Assembly (NCBI GenBank): GCA_963772395.1
Contig: CAVYWV010000002.1
Location: 1,342,845-1,406,844 of the forward strand
Origin: an uncultured Actinomycetota bacterium
GTDB taxonomy: Bacteria > Actinomycetota > Actinomycetes > Actinomycetales > Microbacteriaceae
Reading direction: 5' to 3'
DNA: 64,000 nucleotides
The translations under genes and the position numbers were made by a program. Below the pieces are notes generated by a model, which had not been told where the DNA came from, made no database searches, and saw only the letters and a list, made by a program, of their open reading frames with translations. The stretch's first letter is position 1. Each line of letters begins with the position of its first letter. Positions 55,587-64,000 of the stretch are shown here, piece by piece.

Positions 55587-56582
55587 ATGACTTCTCAGCG
55601 CATCCTCTACATCGGCGGCACCGGAACCATCAGTGCGGCGAGCGTCCGCAGATCGGTGGCGCTCGGCCACGACGTCACCGTGCTCAACCGCGGCTCCGGC
55701 CGCCGCGACCTGCCCGACTCCGTGCGCGAGCTCACCGCCGATGTGCGCGATGCCGAGGCCGTGCGCGCGGCGGTGGCCGGCACGGAGTTCGACGTCGTCG
55801 CGGAGTTCCTGGCGTTCACGCCGACGCACGTGCAGGCCGACCTCGATCAGTTCGCCGACCGCTGCGGGCAGTACGTGTTCATCAGCTCGGCCTCGGCATA
55901 CCAGAAGCCGCCGCAGCGTCTTCCGATCACGGAGTCGACGCCGCTGCGCAACCCGTTCTGGCAGTACTCGCGCGACAAGATCGCGTGCGAGGACCTGCTG
56001 GTGTCCGCGTACCGCGAGCGCGGCATCCCGATCACGATCGTGCGGCCGTCGCACACGTACGACGACCGCCTGATCCCGACGATGGGGCACTGGACGGACA
56101 TCGCGCGCATGCGGCAGCGCAAGCCGGTCGTGATCCACGGCGACGGCACGAGCCTGTGGACGCTCACGCATTCGGACGACTTCGCGGTCGCCTTCACCGG
56201 GCTGCTGGGCAACCCCGCCGCGATCGGCGAGGCCTTCACGATCACCGGCACGCATGCTCCGACCTGGGATCAGATCTACGGCTGGCTCGCGGATGCCGCC
56301 GGGGTCAGCGACCCGGACTTCGTGCATGTCGCCTCCGAGGCGATCGCCGCGTTCGCACCGGATCTCGGCCCCGGACTGCTCGGCGACAAGGCCCACTCCG
56401 TCGTGTTCGACTCCGCCAAGGTGACGGCGCTGGTGCCGGAGTTCCGCACCACGATCACCTTCGACGAGGGTGCGCGGCGCATCATCGAGTACTACGACGC
56501 GCACCCCGACGAGCAGAAGGTCGATCCCGAGCTGGACTCGACGTTCGACCGGATGGCCGGTTACGCCAGGTCCGCGGGCTGA
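55587..56582 (+). CDS. NAD-dependent epimerase/dehydratase (extended SDR)
   Basis: IGGTGTIS, LNRG, YVFISSASAY, YSRDK, VRPSHTY. Confidence 0.9.
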   Translation: MTSQRILYIGGTGTISAASVRRSVALGHDVTVLNRGSGRRDLPDSVRELTADVRDAEAVRAAVAGTEFDVVAEFLAFTPTHVQADLDQFADRCGQYVFISSASAYQKPPQRLPITESTPLRNPFWQYSRDKIACEDLLVSAYRERGIPITIVRPSHTYDDRLIPTMGHWTDIARMRQRKPVVIHGDGTSLWTLTHSDDFAVAFTGLLGNPAAIGEAFTITGTHAPTWDQIYGWLADAAGVSDPDFVHVASEAIAAFAPDLGPGLLGDKAHSVVFDSAKVTALVPEFRTTITFDEGARRIIEYYDAHPDEQKVDPELDSTFDRMAGYARSAG

Positions 56583-56599
56583 GGGCAGGACGGCGGATC

Positions 56600-56654
56600 T
56601 CACAGCCATCGCATAGCTCGCTCCATAGGAAGCACATAGGAAGCAGCGCACAAT
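56600..56654 (+). promoter_or_regulatory. OmpR/PhoP-type direct-repeat operator and leaderless promoter of the response regulator
   Basis: CACAG 56601, CATAG 56612, 56624, 56635 (spacing 11/12/11); -10 CACAAT 6 nt before ATG. Confidence 0.7.
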
Positions 56655-56660
56655 GGGTGC

Positions 56661-57395
56661 ATGACCACCACTGCATCCGCTCCCTCGCTCCGTCGGCTCG
56701 ACGGTTCCGCTCTCCGGGTCCTCGTCGTCGACGACGAGCAGATGCTCACCGACCTGCTGTCGATGGCACTGCGCATGGAGGGCTGGGAGGTCCGCACCGC
56801 CGGATCGGGATTCCACGCCCTGCAGGCTGCACGCGATTTCGAACCCGACGCGATGGTGCTCGACATCATGATGCCCGACCTCGACGGCATGGCAGTGCTG
56901 CAGCGGCTGCGCCAGTCCGGCAACGACGTGCCCGTGCTGTTCCTCACTGCGAAGGACGCGGTCGGCGACCGTGTCGCCGGACTCACCGCCGGCGGTGACG
57001 ACTACGTCACCAAGCCCTTCAGCCTCGAGGAGGTCGTCGCTCGGCTGCGCGGGCTCATGCGCCGGGCCGGCTCGGCGCAGTCCGCAGATTCCGAGCCGAT
57101 CCTGCGTGTCGGCGACCTGACCCTCAACGAAGACAGCCACGAGGTCGAGCGCTCCGGCGACCAGTTCGAGCTCACCGCCACCGAGTTCGAACTGCTGCGC
57201 TTCCTCATGCGCAACCAGCGTCGCGTGGTCTCGAAGGCGCAGATCCTCGACCGGGTGTGGAACTACGACTTCGGCGGACGCTCCAGCGTCGTCGAGCTGT
57301 ACATCTCGTACCTGCGCAAGAAGATCGACCAGGGCCGCGAGCCCCTCATCCACACGGTCCGCGGCGTCGGCTACATGATCAAGGCCCCGCAGTGA
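56661..57395 (+). CDS. OmpR-family response regulator (TcrX/TrcR/PhoP-like)
   Basis: VLVVDDE, LDIMMP, FLTAKD, DDYVTKPF, VELYISYLRKKID, HTVRGVGY. Confidence 0.95.
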   Translation: MTTTASAPSLRRLDGSALRVLVVDDEQMLTDLLSMALRMEGWEVRTAGSGFHALQAARDFEPDAMVLDIMMPDLDGMAVLQRLRQSGNDVPVLFLTAKDAVGDRVAGLTAGGDDYVTKPFSLEEVVARLRGLMRRAGSAQSADSEPILRVGDLTLNEDSHEVERSGDQFELTATEFELLRFLMRNQRRVVSKAQILDRVWNYDFGGRSSVVELYISYLRKKIDQGREPLIHTVRGVGYMIKAPQ

Positions 57396-58949
57396 CCGCA
57401 GCGCCTCCCACGGATTCGCCGCCGACCGCGGAGGAGCCGGCCGCACCCGAGCGCGACAGCGAAGCATCCGATCGATCCGCGCGCCGCCCCGGCGCCGGTG
57501 GAGCCTGCAGACCCGGCTCATGGCGACGGTCATCGGGATCGTGTCGCTCATTCTCGTCATCGTCGCGATCGCGACGAGCGCGGCCCTGGGGAGCGTGCTC
57601 GAGAAGAACCTCGACAGCCGCCTCGAGAACGCCGCGCAGCAGGCCGGTCGCGCGCTGCAGATCCCGCAGTTCCCGGGCGGCACCCACGACGCGTACGACG
57701 TGCTCAACGAGGGCCGCCAGGAGCCGGGATTCCTGTTCATCGTGCAGCCGATCGACGGCGCGTTGTCGGGCGCATACGTGGGCGAGGACGGCGAGGTCGT
57801 TCGCATGACGAGCACGCAGATCCAGGACGTCGTCGACGCGATGGGGCAGGGCGGGTTCAGCACAGTGTCGCTCGGCGACGGCATCGGCGACTACCGCCTC
57901 GTACCCGTGCGCGGCGACACCTTCTTCGCGATCGCCGGTCTGCCGGTCTCGGAGGTGCGCAGCACGATCGCCGCGACCCTCACCACGATCGCCCTCGTGA
58001 CCGCCGGCGGCCTGCTGCTGCTGGCGGCCGCGATCGCGCTCGTGATCCGTGCGGGACTCGCTCCGCTGCGCGCCGTCGCCGACACCGCGACCCGCGTCGC
58101 CGCACTCCCTCTCTCGCAGGGCGCCGTGTCGATCACCGAGCGCGTGCCCGACGACGAGACCGACGAGCACACCGAGATCGGCCGGGTCGGCCACGCGCTG
58201 AACACGCTGCTGGACCACGTCGGCGAGTCCCTCGACGCGCGCCAGCGCAATGAGGAGCGGATGCGCCGCTTCGTCGCCGACGCGAGCCACGAGCTGCGCA
58301 CGCCGCTGGCCTCGATCCGCGGATACTCCGAGCTGTCACTGCGGCGACAGCACGTTGAGCGAGACGACCGAGTCCTCGCTCGAGCGCATCCAGGCCCAGT
58401 CGATCCGCATGACCGCGCTCGTGGAGGACCTGCTGCTGCTCGCGCGTCTCGATGAGGGGCAGGAGCTCGTCTACGGCACGGTCGACCTGTCGCGCCTCGC
58501 GATCGAGGCCATCGCCGACGCCACGCCCGCCGGCCCCGACCACGGGTGGGAGCTCGACCTCGACGAGGAGCCCGTCGTGATCACGGGGGACGCGGCCCGA
58601 CTGCACCAGGTGGTCGGCAATCTGCTGGCCAACGCGCGCACGCACACCCCCGCCGGGACGAACGTGACGCTCAGCGTCGTTCGCGCAGGGGACGGATGCC
58701 GTCCTGCGCGTGCACGACGACGGTCCGGGCATCGACCCCTCGATCGCCGACGAGCTGTTCGAGCGGTTCTCGCGCGCCGATCGGTCCCGTGCGCGCAAGA
58801 CCGGCGGAACGGGGCTCGGGCTGTCGATCGCCCAGGCGATCGTCACCGCGCACGGCGGGTCGATCTCGGTCGAGAGCACCCCCGGCTCCACGACGTTCGA
58901 GGTGCGGCTGCCGCTCGCGCCGCCGGCGCCGGGCCTGCCCGCCGAGTGA
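57392..58949 (+). CDS. HAMP sensor histidine kinase, TcrY/TrcS-like (frameshifts near 57490, 58345 and 58695)
   Basis: Two TM segments, FVADASHELRTPL, NLLANA..HTP, DDGPGI, GGTGLGL. Confidence 0.92.
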
Positions 58950-58967
58950 TCGGGCCCTCGCGCGTGC

Positions 58968-60539
58968 TCAGTACCCGCTGAACGCGTCGGTCGTGATCGA
59001 GCGCGCGTGCTCGAGCGCGGGGGCCAGATCGGCGATCAGGCCGCCGGTCCGGAGATGTACGCGTGGCGCGCGCTGATGTCGGGCACGACCTGCAGCAGGC
59101 CCGCGTCGTCCAGTCGCACGCCGCGCGCCCAGTGCCAATGCCGCGGGAGATCTTTCGGCTCATCGCGGGTGAACACGATCACCGGGATGCCGGATTCCTC
59201 GAGCTCGTCGCGGAATGCGAGCTCCGACGCCTCGGATGCGACGTAGACCAGGACGATGTCGCGGTCTCGCTCGGCGAGCCGGACGTGGCGCAGCTGCGAC
59301 ACGAACGGAGTGATGCCGATGCCGGCGGCGACCATCAGGACGGCGCTGGTCGGCTTCTTCGGCAGGAGGAAATCCCCCCACACACCGGTGACGGCCAGCG
59401 CATCGCCGGCGGTCACGTTCGCGAGGGCCTTCTTGTACGAGCTCTGCGTCTTCGCCCCCGAACCCTCGCGGAAGGCGACGGTCACGCAACGGCAGGTCCT
59501 CGGGCGCCGACGCGATGCTGAACTCCCGCCGTGTTCCGCGGGCATCGGGATGCCGGTGCGGCACGTCCAGCTCGAGGTACTGCCCGGGCAGGAACGCCAG
59601 CCGCCGGCGGGCACGGAAGGTCAGAGCCTGCACGGTCGGAGTCAGCTCGGCACGCGACTCGAGGGTCAGCTTCACCGCGGAGCGCATCGAGAACGCGAAC
59701 GCGAACGCGAGGAGGTTGCCGATCAGCAGGGCGCGCTCCTGACCCAGGCTGATGACGCCCAGGTCGATCGGCCAGCCCGCCAGCACGCCTACCAGTGCGG
59801 CGACGGTGAACTGCTGCCACCGCCGCGGCGGCATGGTGAGCGGCTCGGACAGCATGAACGCGCCGAGGAACAGGAACGGCGAGGACCACAGCACCGTCCA
59901 CAGCACGTCGATCGTGTCGATCGCGAGCCCGGCCTGCTCGTACTGCGTGGCCGTCCGCGCGACGCCGACAGCGACGGCGATCACGACGAACACGGTGATC
60001 ACGCGCACCTTCTCGGTGCGCACGAGCACGGCGAGCCCCAGCAGGATCACGGGCGCTGCCAGCACCGGCGTGCCCACCCACCACGAGGAGGCGCCGAGGT
60101 CGGGAAGCCAGATGCTCACGATCGTCAGGACCGCCGCGCCGGCCGCGGCGGGGTTGAAGATGTGGCGCCCACGCCATGCGAGCACGTACTTCGACAGCGA
60201 GGCGACGGCCGCGGCGAGCGCGATGCCCGCGAGTCCTGCCAGATCCAGCGTCGGTCGCAGGACGAACAGCAGGATGTGCGCGGTGATCAGCGAGGATTCG
60301 ATCCGCCAGGGCAGCTTCATGACGGACTGGGCGGCGGCATCCACTCCGACGCACACCACCGCGAGGACGAGCAAGGTGACGACGAGTTCGAGCGGAGTGG
60401 GCGCGACCAGCCGGAAGAACGAGACGGCGAAGGCCACCAGGGCCAGCGCCGCGAGCGCGAGCAGCGCCAGCCGGTACATCGAGACGCGGCCGAGCACCGC
60501 GAACACGCGGTTCCACAGCGAAGTGAAGGTTCCGATCAC
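58968..60539 (-). CDS. RnfD/NqrB-like membrane domain fused to ferredoxin-NADP reductase-type domain (frameshifts near 59490 and 59040)
   Basis: About 10 TM with RHIFNPAAAG and FMLSEPLT.P; then F.PGQYL, RREFSI.S.P, AAGIGITPF, YISGP, TDAFSGY. Confidence 0.85.
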
Positions 60540-61421
60540 GTGAACAACTCTGCCGTACTCCCGGGCGACCACTCGACGCGGCCGTCAGTGGTCATCCGCA
60601 CCCACTCGACTCCCCACTCGTGGGCGAGCTCCGGTCCGCCGTCGAAGAACAGCGCGGTCGCGATCGCATCGGCGCGCATCGCCGTCGGCGCGATCGCCCA
60701 CGTCGCGGCGATCGTGCGCACGGGCTCCCCCGTGCGCGCATCGAGCACGTGGTGCAGACCGTCCCCCCACGCGCGGCGGTTCGTCGCCGAGGCGCAGAGC
60801 GCGGCATCCGTCAGCTCGACGACGCCGATCGCGCGGCGCGGGTCGTACGGATGCTCCAGCCCGATCCGCTGCGCTGCGCCTCGCGCCGCGAGGTCGCCGC
60901 TCGCGTCGACGACGATGTCGCCGACCGCGAAGGGTGCGAGGGCGCTCGAGCACCCGGTCGACGAGGCGACCCTTGCCCAGCGCCCCGACATCGATCAGAG
61001 CGGGCTCGGTGAGCGAGAGCGTCTCAGCGGTCCAGGTCAGTCGCGCACGCCAGTCCTGCGGCGCCGGGCGAGCGCCGCGGTCGACGAAGCCGTAGTCCGC
61101 GTCGTAGCCGCGCGCCGCCAGGGAGGCCCCGACGAGCGGGTTGACCGCGCCCCGTGTCGCCCGGTCGAGTTCGACGAACGCGTCGAGCATGGCGGCCGCG
61201 TCGGGCGGCGCGGGAACGGCGGACACGCCGCCGCGCGAGTGCGGTGACGATCGAGTCGGCGCGGAACCGCGACCACTCCCGATCGAAGGTCTCGATCACG
61301 TCGCGCGACGGCAGCACGCGCGTCAGCAGCCGAGCGGGACCGTCGTGTCGATCTGCCACGCAGTGCCGATCGCGTCGAATCGCCAGGAGCGCGATGCGAC
61401 CGAGCCGGGCGAAGCTGTCAC
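60536..61421 (-). CDS. apbE: FAD:protein FMN transferase (several frameshifts)
   Basis: F.AIGT, WSRFR.DS, T.GA.NP.VG, DVGALGKG, ASGD, IGLEHP, HHVLDARTG, ADA.ATA. Confidence 0.92.
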
Positions 61422-61429
61422 GCGCTCGT

Positions 61430-61921
61430 TCAGGCCGCTTCGGACTTGATCGTGTCGATCGCCTGGTTGAAGCCGCCGCTGGTCAGCGAAGACCCTGCGA
61501 CGCGGCTGACCGAGATCTGGTCGATGTCCTGGCCGACGACCACTTCGGCGATCCCGCCGATGAAGCGACCCTGGTACTCCTCGGACTCGCGCTTCTGCGG
61601 GTCGCCCGAGACGTCCACGGCCGTGATGATGTCATTCTCCAGGGTCACGGTGACCACGATGGTCTCGACCGACTCGGGCGTCGCATAGGAGCCCTCGGCC
61701 GTGTACGTGCCGTCGGCGTACGTGCTGCTGCTCGACGTGGATTCGGAGGCGGATGCTGCGGGGCCCGGCGTCGTGCTCGACTCGGCGGGCGCGGTCGTGC
61801 CCGCCGTGGGCTCGGTCGCGGTGTCGGATGCCGCGCACCCGGCGAGCGCGAAGGCACCGGCGACGCCGACTGCGGCGACGCCGATGCGGACGGGACGGGG
61901 TACGGCGGCGGTGCGGATCAT
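61430..61921 (-). CDS. FMN-binding lipoprotein
   Basis: Lipobox LAGC, Ser/Thr linker, YADGTYT..G, VTL....IT.V, VSRVAGSSLTSGGF..A; AAGGAGG RBS. Confidence 0.9.
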   Translation of the reverse strand: MIRTAAVPRPVRIGVAAVGVAGAFALAGCAASDTATEPTAGTTAPAESSTTPGPAASASESTSSSSTYADGTYTAEGSYATPESVETIVVTVTLENDIITAVDVSGDPQKRESEEYQGRFIGGIAEVVVGQDIDQISVSRVAGSSLTSGGFNQAIDTIKSEAA

Positions 61922-61954
61922 GGGGTCCTCCTTCTGCGGTGCCTCGGAGACTCC

Positions 61955-62010
61955 ACGCTAACCGCGCGATCGAGGCGGTTCGACCGGATCGGCTATGAAG
62001 CCCCTATGAA
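61955..62010 (-). promoter_or_regulatory. Promoter and CATAG direct-repeat operator of the flavinylation operon
   Basis: Minus strand TTCATAG-gggc-TTCATAG (11-bp period) upstream of -10 TAGCGT. Confidence 0.6.
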
Positions 62011-62059
62011 TGCACGCGCATACAGACGGGTGGCCGGGCCGCCCCGGATACAGATCGGG

Positions 62060-63095
62060 CTAGGCAGCGCCGTCGAACATGCTCGTGACGGAGCCGTCTT
62101 CGAAGACCTCGTGGATCGCGCGGGCCAGCAGCGGCGCGATCGGGAGGATCGTCAGCGACGGGAAGCGCTTGGACTCCGGGATCGGCACCGTGTCGGTCAC
62201 GACGACCTCGTCGATCGCCTCGGACTGCAGGCGCTCGCGTGGCCGGATCGCTGAAGATCGCGTGCGTCGCGGCGACGATCACGCGCTCGGCCCCGTTCTT
62301 CTTGAGCGCCTCGGCGGCCTTGACGATCGTGCCGCCGGTGTCGATCATGTCGTCGACGAGCAGGCAGACGCGGCCGTCCACCTCACCGACGATCTCGTTG
62401 ACGGTGACCTGGTTGGCGACGTTCGGGTCGCGGCGCTTGTGGATGATCGCCAGCGGCGCACCGAGGCTGTCCGACCACGTGTCGGCCACACGCACGCGGC
62501 CCGTGTCGGGCGAGACGACGGTGAGCTTGGCGCGGTCCTCGGCCGTCAGCGTGCGCTGGAAGTACTCCAGCAGCACCGGCTTGGCGAACAGGTGGTCGAC
62601 CGGACCGTCGAAGAACCCCTGAATCTGCGCGGCGTGCAGGTCGACGCTCATCACGCGGTCGGCGCCGGCGGTCTTGAGCAGGTCGGCGACGAGCCGCGCG
62701 CTGATCGGCTCGCGGCCGCGGCTCTTCTTGTCCTGACGCGAGTACGGGTAGTAGGGCGCGACGACTGTGATGCGCTTCGCGGATGCCCGCTTGGCGGCAT
62801 CCAGCATGATCAGCGTCTCCATGAGCCACTCGTTGACCGGCGGCCCGAAGCTCTGGATGAGGAAGAAGTCGCAGCCTCGGATCGACACCTCGAACCGGGT
62901 GAGGATCTCGCCGGAGGCGAAGGTGCGGTACTCGGTCGGAACGAGCTCGGTGCCGATCGCCGCGGCCACATCGGCCGACAGAGCCGGGTGCGAACGCCCG
63001 CCGGCGACGACGAGCCGCTTCTTGGTCTTGGCTACGAGGCCCGGGGCGATGTCGTTCTCGCGGTCGAGATCAACCGTCTTCCTCTTGCGCGCCAT
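62060..63095 (-). CDS. prs: Ribose-phosphate pyrophosphokinase (frameshift near 62240)
   Basis: FASGEI, PYYPYSRQDKK, DLHAAQIQGFF, VVSPD.G, VDDMIDTGGT, ATHA. Confidence 0.97.
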
Positions 63096-64000
63096 CGTCC
63101 GCCTTCTGTGCGGACCGGGCCCTCGCCGCAGCGTCAGCCGCGGCGGTGCCCGGTCGGTTCGTCTCGACCCACCCCTCGACGTTGCGCTGAGGGGCCACGC
63201 TGAGCGCCAGAGCACCGGCGGGCACATCCTTGCGGATCACCGCTCCGGCCCCGGTCTTCGCGCCTGCACCGATCCTAACGGGCGCCACGAACACGTTGTG
63301 CGACCCGGAGTGCACCTCGTCGCCGATCTCGGTGCGGTGCTTGGTGACGTCGTCGTAGTTCGCCGTGATCGCACCGGCACCGAGGTTCACACCGGTGCCG
63401 ATCGTCGTGTCGCCGATGTACGACAGGTGCGGCACCTTGCTGCGCGCGCCGATCGTCGAGTTCTTCGTCTCGACGAACGTGCCGATCTTGCCGCGGTCAC
63501 CGAGGTACGTGCCCGGGCGCAGGTACGCGAACGGGCCGACCGTTGCTCCGGCGCCGATCACGGCGAGCGTGGCATCGGTGCGCGTGACCGAGGCGTTGGC
63601 GCCGACCTCGCAGTCGACCAGGCTCGTGTCGGGTCCGACGGTCGCCCCCTCGGCGATCGTGGTGGCGCGCAGGATGTGCGTGTTCGGGAGCACCGTGACG
63701 TCGGCGGCGAGGCTCGCGGTCACGTCGATCCATGTCGTCGCCGGGTCGAGGATCGTCGCACCCTCGAGCTGCCAGCGCCGGACCGTGCGCGCGTTGAGCA
63801 GACGGGCGGCCTCCGACAGCTGCACGCGGTCGTTGACGCCCAGCGCGGCCGCGGCATCCGTCGCCTGCGAGACGCCCACCGAGAGCCGCGAGTCGCGCAT
63901 CAGCGCGACCACGTCGGTGAGGTAGCGCTCGCCCTGCGCGTTGGCCGTGCCGACGAGCGAGATGTGCGCGCGCAGCGGGGCTGCCTGGAACACGTACACC
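63070..64000 (-). CDS. glmU: Bifunctional UDP-GlcNAc pyrophosphorylase/acetyltransferase (C-terminal part; start outside window)
   Basis: NAQGE.YLTD, GVNDR.QL, GPFAYLRPG, FVETK, HLSYIGD, GAGAITANYD. Confidence 0.97.
   Translation of the reverse strand, partial: VYVFQAAPLRAHISLVGTANAQGERYLTDVVALMRDSRLSVGVSQATDAAAALGVNDRVQLSEAARLLNARTVRRWQLEGATILDPATTWIDVTASLAADVTVLPNTHILRATTIAEGATVGPDTSLVDCEVGANASVTRTDATLAVIGAGATVGPFAYLRPGTYLGDRGKIGTFVETKNSTIGARSKVPHLSYIGDTTIGTGVNLGAGAITANYDDVTKHRTEIGDEVHSGSHNVFVAPVRIGAGAKTGAGAVIRKDVPAGALALSVAPQRNVEGWVETNRPGTAAADAAARARSAQKADDGAQEEDG

Overview
High-GC actinobacterial chromosomal segment. Gene content and order point to Microbacteriaceae, probably Microbacterium (inference). 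Most of it is the conserved core backbone: glpX/fbaA, ispH/xseAB, beta-CA, fumC, phoH2, uppS/trhA, greA, ilvA, htpX/lemA, tRNA-Leu(UAA), ndh, ftsB, eno, hisS, mazG, ppc, mfd, pth, rplY, gndA, corA, prs, glmU. Dozens of single-base frameshifts break even essential genes, so the sequence looks like an unpolished long-read assembly, and CDS limits below were rebuilt across frames. The most interesting parts are: (1) an accessory pair of a secreted CotH-type kinase with Thr/Pro linker and six ChW repeats plus an exported purple-acid-phosphatase-like enzyme (49.2-53.1 kb); (2) an FMN-binding lipoprotein/ApbE/RnfD-FNR flavinylation operon sharing an 11-bp-spaced CATAG direct repeat with the adjacent OmpR-family two-component system; (3) a 6C-like C-loop double-hairpin RNA at 12.65-12.72 kb; (4) back-to-back SigL/ECF17-type promoters; (5) two deletion-derived genes (mini-nhaA and an MFS::DUF2652 chimera) flanking ppc; (6) a strongly over-represented GGCATCC/GGATGCC heptamer. 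No CRISPR array, transposase, integrase or rRNA was seen.
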